Shown here: positions 1-10,012 of the stretch, one piece after another
Position numbering within the stretch: the first letter of the stretch is position 1
Layout of the letters: every line of letters begins with the position of its first letter
Assembly (NCBI GenBank): GCA_035502185.1
Contig: DATJUT010000112.1
Location: 30,942 to 94,941 of the forward strand
DNA: 64,000 nucleotides
Direction of reading: 5' to 3'
DNA from: Gemmatimonadales bacterium
Lineage (GTDB): Bacteria; Gemmatimonadota; Gemmatimonadetes; Gemmatimonadales; JACORV01
Program-made: the position numbers and the translations under genes
Notes under the pieces: model-generated
Told to the model about the DNA's origin: nothing
The model's input: the letters and a program-made list of their open reading frames with translations, nothing else
Database searches by the model: none

Positions 1-941
1 TCCAGCGGCTCGGGCTCGACGATGCGCGACCACGGCGCGCGCGCGGCGAAGCCGAACAGCGGCGCGGTGGGTCCGTAGATCTCGACCGTGGCCGTGCCCG
101 CCGCCGAGGCGAGGTGCACGGGCGCCGAGTCGTTCGACACCAGCGCCCGGGCGCGGCGGATCAGCTCGCCCGCCGCGAGGAGCGAGAGCCGGCCGATGCC
201 GTCGGCCACCGGCGTCGCGGAGCCCAGGGCGGTGCGGATCTGCCGCGCATCGGCGCGGTCGCCCGGCCCGCCCACCAGGGCGAGCGGGATCTCCGGCGCC
301 AGGGCGCGGGCCAGCTCCGGGAAGAACGGCCAGCGCTTGGAGCCCCACTGGGAGCCGGGCGCGAGGACCACGAACTCGCTGTGGATGCCGGCCTCGGCCA
401 GCAGCGCGTCCACCGCCGCCCGCTCCTCGGGGCCCGGGAAGATCTCCGGCTCGCGGCGCTCGGGCGCCCCGTCGGCCAGCGCCAGCAGGCGCTCGACCTG
501 GTGCGGCTCGCCGCGCGGCGCGACGGAGTGGGTGTGCAGGAACGCGCCCGGCGCCTCGCGGAAGCCGATGCGCCGGGGGATGCCGGCGGCGAAGGCCAGG
601 GCCGCGGAGCGGACGCTGGACTGCGCGAGGTAGGCGGCCGCGTAGTGCCGGCGCCGGAGCAGGCGCACCATCCGCACGAACCCGCCCACCCCGGCGTCCC
701 GGCCGTGCTTGTCGTAGGGGATGCGGTCCCGGATGCTGGGATGGTTGCGCAGCACGGGCACCGCGCCCGGCAGCACCACCACGTCCACCAGGGCGCCGTG
801 GCGCTCCGCGGCGCGGCGGATCAGCGGCGTGGTGAGCACCACGTCGCCGAAGAACGCCGTCTGGATCACCAGGCCGCGCCCCGTCGCGCGGGCCCCGCTG
901 GGCCGCGCGGCGACCGCCTCCGCCTCGGCCGGGGTGCGCAC
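1..941 (-). CDS. glycosyltransferase family 9 (LPS heptosyltransferase-like); C-terminal end runs off the window
   Basis: My own reverse-strand translation. It is absent from the ORF track because there is no stop in the window. Sequence reads ...GLVIQTAFFGDVVLTTPLIRRAAE...LAPGSQWGSKRWP...LVGGPGD...LLAAGELIRRARALVSNDSAPVHLASAAGTATVEIYGPT..., which fits the GT9 pattern. A candidate GTG start at 941 is in frame with these motifs. The start is uncertain. Confidence 0.75.
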   Translation of the reverse strand, partial: MRTPAEAEAVAARPSGARATGRGLVIQTAFFGDVVLTTPLIRRAAERHGALVDVVVLPGAVPVLRNHPSIRDRIPYDKHGRDAGVGGFVRMVRLLRRRHYAAAYLAQSSVRSAALAFAAGIPRRIGFREAPGAFLHTHSVAPRGEPHQVERLLALADGAPERREPEIFPGPEERAAVDALLAEAGIHSEFVVLAPGSQWGSKRWPFFPELARALAPEIPLALVGGPGDRADARQIRTALGSATPVADGIGRLSLLAAGELIRRARALVSNDSAPVHLASAAGTATVEIYGPTAPLFGFAARAPWSRIVEPEPL

Positions 942-970
942 CGTGCCGCCGGCGCGGCCCGGCGTGGCGC

Positions 971-2767
971 TCACTCGACCTTCAGCACGGCGAGGAACGC
1001 CTCCTGCGGGATCTCCACCGCGCCCACCTGCTTCATCCGCTTCTTCCCCGCCTTCTGCTTCTCGAGCAGCTTGCGCTTGCGGGTGACGTCGCCGCCGTAG
1101 CACTTGGCCAGCACGTTCTTCCTGAGCGGGCGCACCGTCTCGCGCGCGATGATCTTGGACCCGATCGCCGCCTGGATCACGACCTCGAACAGCTGCCGCG
1201 GGATCAGCTCGCGCAGCTTGCCGGCGAGCTTCTTGCCCCAGTCGAACGCCTTGTCGCGGTGGATGATGACGCTGAACGCGTCCACCGGGTCGCCGTTGAT
1301 CAGCATGTCGAGCTTCACCAGATCGCTCGCGCGGTACTCGGCGAACTCGTAGTCGAGCGAGGCGTAGCCGCGCGACAGGGTCTTCAGCTTGTCGTAGAAG
1401 TCGAGGATGATCTCGGCCAGCGGGAACTCCCACTCGAACTCCACCCGCACCGGGTCGAGGTACTTCATGCCGAGGTAGGCGCCGCGCCGCTCCTGGCCGA
1501 GCTTCATCAGGGCGCCGATGTACTCGGCGGGCGAGATGATGCGGGCCTTCACGTAGGGCTCCTCGATGCGGTCCACCTGCGAGCCGGTGGGCATCTTGCT
1601 GGGATTCTCGACCACCACCTTCTCGCCGCTGGTGAGCCACACGTCGTACTCCACGTTCGGCACCGTGGTCACCAGGTCGAGGCCGAACTCCCGCTCCAGA
1701 CGCTCCTGCACGATCTCCATGTGCAGCAGCCCGAGGAACCCGGAGCGGAAGCCGAAGCCCAGCGCCACCGACGTCTCCGGCTCGTAATGGAGGGAGGCGT
1801 CGTTGAGCTGCAGCTTGGCCAGCGCGTCGCGCAGGTCCTCGTACGCCTCCGGCTGGGTCGGGTACAGGCCGGCGAACACCATGGACTTCACGTCGCGGTA
1901 GCCGGGCAGCAGTTGCGGGGCGCGGCGGTCCGCGTCGAGGATCGTGTCGCCCGCCCGGGTGTCCTTCACGTCGCGGAAGTTGGCCACCAGGTAGCCCACC
2001 TCGCCGGCCGACAGCTCGTCGGCCGGATGGAGCCCGAGCTGCAGGGTGCCCACCTCCGCGACCTCGTACACGCCGTCGTGCGAGCCCATCGCGATGTGCA
2101 TGCCCTTCCGGACGGTGCCGTCCACCACGCGGATGGAGGGAATGGCCCCGCGGTAGCGGTCGTAGTACGAGTCGAAGATCAGCGCCCGAAGCCGCGCCGC
2201 CGGGTCGCCCTTGGGCGCCGGGACCCGCCCGACCACCGCCTCGAGCAGCTCCGGGACCCCGCGGCCTTCCTTGGCCGAGACCAGCAGGATCTCGTCCGGG
2301 TCGGCGCCGATGAGCTCGTGCAGCTCGGCCTTGCGCTTGTCCGGCTCCGCCGACGGCAGGTCGATCTTGTTGAGGACGGGAATGATCTCGAGGCCGGCCT
2401 CGAGCGCGAGGAACAGGTTGGAGACCGTCTGGGCCTGCACGCCCTGCGCGGCGTCGACGACCAGGATCGCGCCCTCGCACGCGGCGAGCGAGCGGGAGAC
2501 CTCGTAGGTGAAGTCCACGTGCCCGGGCGTGTCGATGAGGTTCAGCTCGTACTGCCGGCCGTCCTTCGCCGCGTACGCCATCCGCACGGCGTTCAGCTTG
2601 ATGGTGATGCCGCGCTCGCGCTCGAGGTCCATGGTGTCGAGGACCTGGTCCCGCATCTCCCGGCGGCTCAGGGTGCCGGTCGCCTCGATGAGGCGGTCGG
2701 CGAGCGTGGACTTGCCGTGGTCGATGTGGGCCACGATGCAGAAGTTGCGGATCCGGGCGGCGTCCAT
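971..2767 (-). CDS. lepA: elongation factor 4 (LepA)
   Basis: 598 aa. N-terminus reads [21 protein letters not shown]...DTPGHVDF...NKIDL, and the C-terminal LepA domain is present (...[22 protein letters not shown]...). Confidence 0.97.
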   Translation of the reverse strand: MDAARIRNFCIVAHIDHGKSTLADRLIEATGTLSRREMRDQVLDTMDLERERGITIKLNAVRMAYAAKDGRQYELNLIDTPGHVDFTYEVSRSLAACEGAILVVDAAQGVQAQTVSNLFLALEAGLEIIPVLNKIDLPSAEPDKRKAELHELIGADPDEILLVSAKEGRGVPELLEAVVGRVPAPKGDPAARLRALIFDSYYDRYRGAIPSIRVVDGTVRKGMHIAMGSHDGVYEVAEVGTLQLGLHPADELSAGEVGYLVANFRDVKDTRAGDTILDADRRAPQLLPGYRDVKSMVFAGLYPTQPEAYEDLRDALAKLQLNDASLHYEPETSVALGFGFRSGFLGLLHMEIVQERLEREFGLDLVTTVPNVEYDVWLTSGEKVVVENPSKMPTGSQVDRIEEPYVKARIISPAEYIGALMKLGQERRGAYLGMKYLDPVRVEFEWEFPLAEIILDFYDKLKTLSRGYASLDYEFAEYRASDLVKLDMLINGDPVDAFSVIIHRDKAFDWGKKLAGKLRELIPRQLFEVVIQAAIGSKIIARETVRPLRKNVLAKCYGGDVTRKRKLLEKQKAGKKRMKQVGAVEIPQEAFLAVLKVE

Positions 2768-2853
2768 GAGAGGGCAGAAAGATAGCGCTCAGGGGGCGGA
2801 ATAGTTGCGAGACGCCGAGTTGCGAGTGGTCCCGAGGCTCGAGAGAACAGCGC

Positions 2854-3759
2854 TCAGAACAGGCTGGGCTCCTCCGCATCGCCCGCCGGCGCCTCGCCGG
2901 GCTCGGCGTAGGGCTCGAGCGCCTCGCGGTAGGTGGCGAACAGCACCGGCGGCGCCTTCACCCGGCCGCGGTCGAGCAGCGCGCGCAGCATCAGCGCGTT
3001 GGCCGGTCCCTTGCCCTCGAAGTGGTTGTTGGTGATGACGTAGACGTCGGCCACGGCCTCGTTCGCGGCCAGCGTACGGATGCGCTCCACCCAGGGCCCC
3101 AGCTCCTTGGCGGAGTAGAGATAGTCGTAGCGTTGCGCCGCGTCCTCCTGCTCCCCGAACCAGTGCTCGTAGTTGCGGCCGTGGAAGCGGACGTAGCCCA
3201 CCGCGCTGGTGGCGTGCGCGGCCGGCGCGAACGACTGGCCGATCAGCGGCTGGTCGATGTTCGCGACGCCGACGCCGAGGTCGCGGAACAGGGGCAGCTG
3301 GTCCTCGTGCGCCCACCCGCCGTGGCGGACCTCCACCACCAGCGGCCAGCCGCGGAACGCCTCGGCCAGCCGCGCGAGGGTCTCGCGGCTCGCGGGCCCG
3401 GGCTTGAACGACCACGGGAACTGGGCGAGCAGCGCCCCGAGACGGTCCTCGGCCCGCAGCACCTCGAGGCCCTCGGTGACCGCGCGCAGCTCCTCGGCGG
3501 CCCAGGCCGCCGCGCGCTCGTGGGTGAAGCGCTGCCACAGCTTGACCGTGAAGCGGAACCGCGGATTGTGCGCCGCGCGGCGGACCCACGACGCGAACGT
3601 GCGCGCGGGCTGCGGACGGTAGAAGGTGGAGTTGACCTCGATGGTATCGAAGTAGGAGGCGAGGAAGCCCAGCGCGTCGAACCGCGACGGGACGTCGGCG
3701 GGGTACACGTGGCCCGGAGAATCCGGGTACGACCAGCCGGCGGGACCGACGCGGATCAC
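2854..3759 (-). CDS. DUF72 (YecE/UPF0759) family protein
   Basis: This is the C-terminal 302 codons of the 918-aa track ORF. Sequence reads VIRVGPAGWSY...FYRPQP...VEVRHGGW...VRFHGRN...ITNNHFEGKGPANA. GTG at 3759 is in frame. The upstream part of the track ORF is Arg/Pro shadow sequence. Confidence 0.8.
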   Translation of the reverse strand: MIRVGPAGWSYPDSPGHVYPADVPSRFDALGFLASYFDTIEVNSTFYRPQPARTFASWVRRAAHNPRFRFTVKLWQRFTHERAAAWAAEELRAVTEGLEVLRAEDRLGALLAQFPWSFKPGPASRETLARLAEAFRGWPLVVEVRHGGWAHEDQLPLFRDLGVGVANIDQPLIGQSFAPAAHATSAVGYVRFHGRNYEHWFGEQEDAAQRYDYLYSAKELGPWVERIRTLAANEAVADVYVITNNHFEGKGPANALMLRALLDRGRVKAPPVLFATYREALEPYAEPGEAPAGDAEEPSLF

Positions 3760-3911
3760 GGCGTGGCCCGACGGCCGGCGCGCGCGGTCCGCGGCGCGGC
3801 GGCCGCGCACAGATACGCGAGCTGGAAGCGACGCCCCGTCATCGGCGCCTCCGCGGCCGGGGAACGTGAGCGCCAATATCCGGGACGGCCGCGCCCGGCG
3901 GAAGGGTGGGT

Positions 3912-5495
3912 CTACTCCCCCGCAGGCGCGACGATCCGCCGGTAGCTGTCCGGATTCCACTCCGGCCGTGCCGTCGCGTCGGCGACCGCCAGGCCGAGGT
4001 AGAAGTCGAGCTGCACGATCCGGGCTTCCTGCTCGGCGTCGATCTTGTCCACCGAGTCGGTCGGCCGGTGGTAGTCGCGGTGCAGGCCGGTGGTGAAGAA
4101 CAGGATCGGCACGCCCCGGCGCGCGAAGTTGTAGTGGTCGGACCGGAAGAACAGGTGCTCGCGGGGCAGGGTGTCGCCCAGCACCCGGATCCGCAGCTCC
4201 GGGTGGCTCGCCGCGACGCTGTCCGCCAGCGGGCCGAGGGACGAGTGCTCCTTGCCGATCGCCAGGACGCCGTCGCTCGGGTTGCGGCCGATCATGTCGG
4301 TGTTGAGGTCGGCCACGGTGGCGGCGAGCGGGAACGCCGGGTGGGCGACGTACCAGCCGCTGCCCCACAGGCCGCGCTCCTCGCCGGACACCGTCATGAA
4401 GACCAGCGAGCGCCGCGGCCGGGGCACGAGCCGCGCGTAGGCCTGCGCGAGCTCCACCACGGCCACGGCGCCGGAGCCGTCGTCGTCGGCGCCGTTGCAG
4501 ATGGTGTCCGCGCCCGCCGCGCGACATCCCTCGTCCCCGCTCGCGGTGCCGATGTGGTCCATGTGCCCGGTGAAGAAGACGTATTGGCCCCTGAGGGCGG
4601 GATCGCTGCCCTCGAGCACGCCGATCACGTTGGGCGCGGAGGCGTCGCGCTCCACCGCGCGCCGGACGTCCACCGTCGCGGTGACGCCGGCGAGCGCCAC
4701 CACGGCCGGAGCGGCGCCGGGTGCGAGCAGGGCGGCGGGGTCCGCGCCGGCGGCGCGCAGCAGCTCCGCCGCGCTGCTGTCGCGCACCTCGTAGAGGGAG
4801 ATGTCGAGCGGACCGCGCACCTCGTCGCCGACCTCGTACGCCGGCATCAGGGCGCCGTGGGCCATCGCCTCGAATTCCCGGGCGGAGCGGTTCGAGACGA
4901 AGATCCAGGCCTTCACGCCCGCGGCCACGCCGGCCGTCACCAGCGGCACGAGGCCGTTGTTGATGCGCGAGGTGTCGAGCACCTGGACGACGATGGTGCC
5001 CGCCATCGGCACGGCGCCGAACGGGCGGACCGTGTCGGCGGGAATCCCCGCCACCAGCACGACCGGGGCCGTGAGCGGCGCGGCGGGCGGCCGGCCGAAC
5101 ACCTTCGCGGCCTCGCGGCCGAGCAGCCAGTGGCCGTGCGCGCCGTGGCCCATCGCCATGACGAAGGAGGAGGAATCGACCCGGAGCCGCCGGATGCCGT
5201 AGCGCTGGAGGAAGCCGCCGGAGTCCCCTGCGGGCGCGAGGCCCGCGCGGGCGAACTCGCCGGCCACCCAGGCCGCGACCTCCTCGAGCTGCGGGCTGGG
5301 CGTCGCGCGGCCGAGCATCGAGTCGTCGGCGATGATGCCGATGCGGCGGCGGATGTCCGCCGCGGTGATGGACTCGGCGGCCCGCCGGATGCCGGCGGCG
5401 TCCCGGGCTGCGGGGGACTGGGCGGCGAGGGGCGGCAGCGGAGCGGCGGCCGCGAGGGCGGCGGCCACGAGCAGACGCGCGGTGCGACGGGTCAT
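3912..5495 (-). CDS. M28-family aminopeptidase, secreted
   Basis: ATG at 5495 gives the signal peptide MTRRTARLLVAAALAAAAPLPPLAAQ. M28 motifs are present: HMDH, GADDDGSGAVAVVELA, SGEERGLWGS, FFRSDHYNF. Confidence 0.85.
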   Translation of the reverse strand: MTRRTARLLVAAALAAAAPLPPLAAQSPAARDAAGIRRAAESITAADIRRRIGIIADDSMLGRATPSPQLEEVAAWVAGEFARAGLAPAGDSGGFLQRYGIRRLRVDSSSFVMAMGHGAHGHWLLGREAAKVFGRPPAAPLTAPVVLVAGIPADTVRPFGAVPMAGTIVVQVLDTSRINNGLVPLVTAGVAAGVKAWIFVSNRSAREFEAMAHGALMPAYEVGDEVRGPLDISLYEVRDSSAAELLRAAGADPAALLAPGAAPAVVALAGVTATVDVRRAVERDASAPNVIGVLEGSDPALRGQYVFFTGHMDHIGTASGDEGCRAAGADTICNGADDDGSGAVAVVELAQAYARLVPRPRRSLVFMTVSGEERGLWGSGWYVAHPAFPLAATVADLNTDMIGRNPSDGVLAIGKEHSSLGPLADSVAASHPELRIRVLGDTLPREHLFFRSDHYNFARRGVPILFFTTGLHRDYHRPTDSVDKIDAEQEARIVQLDFYLGLAVADATARPEWNPDSYRRIVAPAGE

Positions 5496-5534
5496 CGGCG
5501 GTTCCGGGTGGCGGGTGTGGCGGGCGGGCGACCA

Positions 5535-5569
5535 AATGCGCCCGGGCGTAGTGTACGCTCGGGCGCATT
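5535..5569 (-). terminator. hairpin downstream of the DUF4384-like gene
   Basis: Perfect 10-bp arms AATGCGCCCG / CGGGCGCATT around a 15-nt loop. It lies in the 118-bp gap between two minus-strand genes. There is no clear U-tract. Confidence 0.45.
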
Positions 5570-5613
5570 CGGAAGTTGCGCGCGATGGGGCGCCAGAGCG
5601 GCGCCTCCACCGG

Positions 5614-7095
5614 TCACCCACGCCGTCGCACCAGGGCGGGCGCCGACCTGGGTGCCGGAGCGGCGCGTGGCGCCGCCCGCGCGGCCGGCTCCATGGAGCC
5701 GCCACCTCGAGGCGCTGCGCGCGGCGCGGACGCCGGCGCGGCGCGGGGCGCTTCTCGCGGGGCGCCGGACGACGCGCCTCGCGGCGCTTCGGGCACTCCG
5801 TATCCCGGGGTCCCCCGCGACTCGGAGCGCGGCGCCTCCTGCGGGATGTAGCGCGGGTTGTCGCGCGCTTCCGGGCGCCCGGCCGCGGCTGCCGGAGAAC
5901 CTCCGGCGTCGATGTACACGCCGCGCTGCCGGGGCTGGGTCGGGGCGACGTCGACGCGGGGCACCGGCGACGGGCCGATCACGCGCGGATGCGTGTCGGG
6001 CTCCGGTATGGCCTGCGCGGATCTCCGGCCCGCGTCCGGCGCGGCGAGCGGCTGCCGCGGCGCGAACGAGCCCGCCGCCCCCGGCGGCTCCTTGGTCACG
6101 ACCCGACGCCCTGCCGAGACCTGATCGCCTCCGCCACCCACCGTCCGCCGTCCGCCCGGGACCTGGTCCGCCGTCCCGCCGACGGTCCGCCGGCCCCCCG
6201 GCGAGGGCACGCTGCCCACGCCGCCGATGTCCACCCCGCGCACGCCCCGGTCACCCGGCGAATCGCCCCAGCCGTTGCGCCGGTCGCGGTAGACGACGTA
6301 CGGGGATGCGCCGGCGGCGCGATTGCGGAAGACGAACTGCCGGCCCACGAAGCCCGGGCGCACGTACACGACGTTCACGCCGCGGTAGTAACGGGTCGGA
6401 TACCAGTAGCTCGGGTAGTAGTAGAAGGGATTGAAGTACACCGCGAGCGAAAACCGCGGGCACCACACGTCGTACGGATCCCAGTACGCGTAGGGAGTGT
6501 AGGCGTGGCAGTCGTAACACAGGAACCGCGGATAGTCGTAGTGCTGCTCCACGTCGTAGGGCAGCAGGTGCGTGTCGTAGTCCGCGTACCCCGGAGGCAT
6601 GATCTGTTGCACCAGGCTCTGGAGCGAGGCGTAGGGGTCGCCGTGCACCCGGCCGTCGCTCAGGTTGGCGATCTCCTGGAAGCTCCACTGGTCGTCGGCC
6701 TCGAACGCGTCGTACACGAACGGATCGTTGCTCGCCACCGCGAACACGTAGCCGACGCCCGGGGCGTCGTCCACCGCGAAGGCGTACCGGTCGTCCAGGC
6801 CGGGCACCGTGTACGTCTCTCCGCCGCGGGCGAGGTTGGGGTCGCCGGGATCGCGCGGGAAGAGCACGCGCACGCGACCGTCCGTGTCCACGCGCAGCAC
6901 CGTCACGTAGGCGTCGTGCTCGGTGCGGAAGGACACCTGCACCCGCTCACCGCGCCGGTACACCTCGCCGTGGTCGGTCCAGATCCGCACGCCCGGCGGA
7001 TCCCGCCGCGCGCGCTCGGCGGCGCGGGCGGGCGTTCCCGCCAGCAGCAGTCCTGTGAGCGCGAACGACGCGCTGATCCATACCCGGCTCGACAT
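5614..7095 (-). CDS. secreted DUF4384-like protein with Tyr/Pro-rich and low-complexity C-terminal half
   Basis: ATG at 7095 gives the signal peptide MSSRVWISASFALTGLLLAGTPARAA. The following VRIWTDHGEVYRRGERVQVSFRTEHDAYVTVLRVDTDGRVRVLFP... resembles DUF4384 as I remember it. A Y/P/W-rich segment and Arg/Pro/Ala repeats follow. Confidence 0.6.
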   Translation of the reverse strand: MSSRVWISASFALTGLLLAGTPARAAERARRDPPGVRIWTDHGEVYRRGERVQVSFRTEHDAYVTVLRVDTDGRVRVLFPRDPGDPNLARGGETYTVPGLDDRYAFAVDDAPGVGYVFAVASNDPFVYDAFEADDQWSFQEIANLSDGRVHGDPYASLQSLVQQIMPPGYADYDTHLLPYDVEQHYDYPRFLCYDCHAYTPYAYWDPYDVWCPRFSLAVYFNPFYYYPSYWYPTRYYRGVNVVYVRPGFVGRQFVFRNRAAGASPYVVYRDRRNGWGDSPGDRGVRGVDIGGVGSVPSPGGRRTVGGTADQVPGGRRTVGGGGDQVSAGRRVVTKEPPGAAGSFAPRQPLAAPDAGRRSAQAIPEPDTHPRVIGPSPVPRVDVAPTQPRQRGVYIDAGGSPAAAAGRPEARDNPRYIPQEAPRSESRGTPGYGVPEAPRGASSGAPREAPRAAPASAPRAAPRGGGSMEPAARAAPRAAPAPRSAPALVRRRG

Positions 7096-7244
7096 GGCGA
7101 CCTCCGGACACGTGGTCCGACCATACGGAAAGGCATAGACCGTGCCACCTGCCGGCTTGGTGCCAACTGCCAGAGCGTCAAGCACTTGGCGCATTCCGCG
7201 CGGCTGCCCTACCTTTGGGGCGTGTCCTGTCCTAGTGACAGCCT

Positions 7245-8168
7245 GTGGCCTCCGCAACCGGTCTGACGCGCGAGCGCCTCGACCTGCTGGATCCGCACGA
7301 GGTGAGCGCTCTCGGCGGCATCGAGCTCGTGGCGGAGGGGGTCGTGGAGGGCTTTCTCGCCGGGCTGCACCGCTCGCCGTACCGCGGCTTCTCGGTCGAG
7401 TTCGCCGAGCATCGGCCCTACCAGCCCGGCGACGAGCTGCGCTACCTGGACTGGAAGGTCGTGGGGCGGCGCGACCGGCTGTACGTGAAGCAGTACGAGG
7501 AGGAGACGAACCTCCGCGCCACGCTGGTGCTCGACGTCTCGCGCTCGATGGCGTGGACGGGGGACCCCGAGCGCCGGCTCCGCAAGTTCGACTACGCCAC
7601 CCGGCTGACGGCGGCGCTGGCGCTCGTGCTGCTCCGGCAGCGGGACGCGACCGGGCTGATCGGGTTCGACAGCGAGGTGCGCTGTGCGATCGCGCCGCGC
7701 GCGCGGCCGGGACAGTGGCACCTGCTGGTGCGCGCGCTCGCGGACCTCGCCCCCGGCGGCGGGACTGCCGCCGAGGCGGCGCTGGCGCGCGTGACGGGCC
7801 TGCTCAAGCGCCGCGGCCTCGTGGTGCTCGTCTCCGACCTGCTGGTGGACCGTGACCTGGTGCTGCTGGCGCTGCGCTACCTGCGGCATCGCGGCCACCA
7901 GGTACTGGTCTTCCACCTGATGGACCCCGGCGAGATGGAGCTGGACGCGGCGGCCCGGGCGCGGTTCGTGGATCCGGAGACGCGCGAGGGCGTGATCGCG
8001 TCGCCGCGCGACCTCAGGCGCGCGTACCGCGCCACCGTCCAGGGCGTGGTGGCGGCGTGGCGCCGGGCGCTCCGTAGCGGCGGCATCGCCTACCATCACG
8101 TGTCCACGGACACGCCGTTCGGCTACGCGCTTCGCCGCGCGGCCGAGAGGAGGGCCCGGCTGGGCTGA
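7245..8168 (+). CDS. DUF58 family protein (MoxR-system associated, vWA-like)
   Basis: Sequence reads HRSPYRGFSVEFAEHRPYQPGDELRYLDWKV...TLVLDVSRSM.... GTG start at 7245. Confidence 0.85.
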   Translation: MASATGLTRERLDLLDPHEVSALGGIELVAEGVVEGFLAGLHRSPYRGFSVEFAEHRPYQPGDELRYLDWKVVGRRDRLYVKQYEEETNLRATLVLDVSRSMAWTGDPERRLRKFDYATRLTAALALVLLRQRDATGLIGFDSEVRCAIAPRARPGQWHLLVRALADLAPGGGTAAEAALARVTGLLKRRGLVVLVSDLLVDRDLVLLALRYLRHRGHQVLVFHLMDPGEMELDAAARARFVDPETREGVIASPRDLRRAYRATVQGVVAAWRRALRSGGIAYHHVSTDTPFGYALRRAAERRARLG

Positions 8169-10009
8169 TGGTCTTCCTCCAGCCGCTCGCGCTCGTGTTG
8201 CTCGGCTTCGGCCTCGTGCCGCCGCTGCTCCACCTGTTCTCGCGCCACCGGCCGCCGGACGTGGTGTTTCCCGCCGTGCGCTACCTGCGCGAGACCGAAC
8301 GGGAGGCGCAGCGCACCATCCGCCTGCAGCACCTGTTCCTGCTGCTGCTGCGCGTGGCGGCGGTGGCGCTGGTGGCGCTCGCCGCCGGCCGGCCCGTGGT
8401 GCCGGCGCGCTTCGGCGCCGGCCACGAGCCGACGGCGCTGGTCGTGATCCTCGATCACTCGCTGTCGTCGGCCGCCGTCTCGGGGGGCGTGCGGGCCTTC
8501 GACGATCTCGAGGCCCGCGCGACGGAGACGCTGCGCGCCGCGCAGCCGTCGGACGCGCTGTGGCTGATCGGTGCCGACGGCGTCGCGCGGCGCGGCTCGC
8601 GGGAGGAGCTGCTCCAGGCGGCCGCGGCGTCGCGGCCGGAGCCGGTGCGTCTCGACCTCTCGGCCGCCGTCGCGACGGCGGCGCGCCTGGCGCGCGCCTC
8701 GGGGTACGCGCACGGCGAGATCCATCTCCTGTCGGATGCGCAGCGGACCGCCTTCGGGGCGTCGGACAGTGCGGCCGCCGGACTCCCGCTGCTGGTGTAC
8801 GAGCCCGCGGCGGACCCGCCCGCCAACCGGGCGGTCGTCTCCGCCCGGGCGAGCCCCGCGACCTGGCTGGCGGGTGCCGGCACCGTGGCCGCGGCGATCG
8901 GGGGTGCCCCGGCTCCGCCCGCAGGCCGGGTGGCGGTGACCGTGACGCTGCGCGGGCGCGAGGAGGCCCGCGCGCTGGTGGCCCCGCGCGACGTCGCGCT
9001 GCTGCCGGTGACGGCCCCGGCCGCGGGCTGGGACGCCGGGGCGGTCTCGCTCGAGCCGGACGAGCTGCGCGCCGACGACAGCCGCCCGTTCGCCGTCCGC
9101 ATCGTGGCGCCGGCCGCCGCGTCGCTCGACACGGCCGAGGCCGGCCCGTTCGTCGCGGCGGCCGTCGCCGCCCTGGTGCGCGCGGGCCAGGTGCGCCCGG
9201 GCTCCGCGGGCGCGGTGCGGCTGGGTGCCGCGCCGGGTGCGGCCGCGGTCGTGGTGCCTCCGCGCGATCCGGTGCAGCTCGGCCAGGTCAATCGCGCGCT
9301 CGCCGCCGCGGGCGTGCCGTGGCGCTTCGGGCCGCGCGTCGAGCGCGAGGACACGCTCGCGGCGCCGCTCGTGCCGGAGATCCGCGGGGCCCGCGTGACC
9401 CGGCGCTACCGGCTGGAGGGGTCCGCCGGCGCCGAGCCGGGCGGAGTGCTCGCCCGGGCGGGCGGCGACCCGTGGCTGGTGCGCGCGGGCCGCATCGTGC
9501 TGGTCGGGAGCCGGCTCGTGCCGGAGGAGACGTCGCTGCCCCTGACCGGCGGATTCGTGCCGTTCGTGGGCGATCTGGTGAACCGCTTCACCCGCGGCGA
9601 GGAGGGCATCCTCGAGGCCGCGCCCGGTGCCCCGGTCGTGCTGCCGGACGCGGTCACGGGCCTCGTGGCCGAGAGCGGCGCGGTGCGCGGGCTCGGGGCC
9701 GAGCGCACGGTCGCCGCGCCGCGGGCCCCGGGGGTGTACTTCCTCCTGGCCGGCGCGGACACGGTCGGTGCGCTGGTGGTGGCGCCGGATCCGCGCGAGT
9801 CGGACCTGCGCCGCGCCACCGGCGGCGAGCTGGCCGACCTGTTTCCGGGCGCGCGAATCAGCGTGGCGACCAGCGCGCGCGCGTACGCCGCGGTGCGGTT
9901 CCGCGGTGCGGGTCGCAGCGAGCTGACGGGCTGGCTGCTGGCCGCCGCGCTCCTGGTGCTCGGGCTCGAGGCCGTGGTGGCTTCGGGTGCGCTGGAGCGG
10001 GGCCCGTAG
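8168..10009 (+). CDS. BatA-like membrane protein (aerotolerance-regulator N-terminal domain plus vWA-like region)
   Basis: The N-terminus MVFLQPLALVLLGFGLVPPLLHLFSRHRPPDVVFPAVRYL fits the BatA_N pattern. There is a DxSxS-like MIDAS motif (ILDHSLSS) and a C-terminal TM segment. The start overlaps the DUF58 stop (TGATG). Confidence 0.7.
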   Translation: MVFLQPLALVLLGFGLVPPLLHLFSRHRPPDVVFPAVRYLRETEREAQRTIRLQHLFLLLLRVAAVALVALAAGRPVVPARFGAGHEPTALVVILDHSLSSAAVSGGVRAFDDLEARATETLRAAQPSDALWLIGADGVARRGSREELLQAAAASRPEPVRLDLSAAVATAARLARASGYAHGEIHLLSDAQRTAFGASDSAAAGLPLLVYEPAADPPANRAVVSARASPATWLAGAGTVAAAIGGAPAPPAGRVAVTVTLRGREEARALVAPRDVALLPVTAPAAGWDAGAVSLEPDELRADDSRPFAVRIVAPAAASLDTAEAGPFVAAAVAALVRAGQVRPGSAGAVRLGAAPGAAAVVVPPRDPVQLGQVNRALAAAGVPWRFGPRVEREDTLAAPLVPEIRGARVTRRYRLEGSAGAEPGGVLARAGGDPWLVRAGRIVLVGSRLVPEETSLPLTGGFVPFVGDLVNRFTRGEEGILEAAPGAPVVLPDAVTGLVAESGAVRGLGAERTVAAPRAPGVYFLLAGADTVGALVVAPDPRESDLRRATGGELADLFPGARISVATSARAYAAVRFRGAGRSELTGWLLAAALLVLGLEAVVASGALERGP

Positions 10010-10012
10010 CCG

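Noticed and set aside
5505-5530. Another G4-type motif (GGGTGGCGGGTGTGGCGGGCGGGCG) just upstream of the M28 peptidase start, as a member of the GGGTGTC family.
   Set aside because: It lies on the non-coding strand relative to the flanking genes. It shares only a short GGGTGT word. Runs of G are expected by chance at this base composition.
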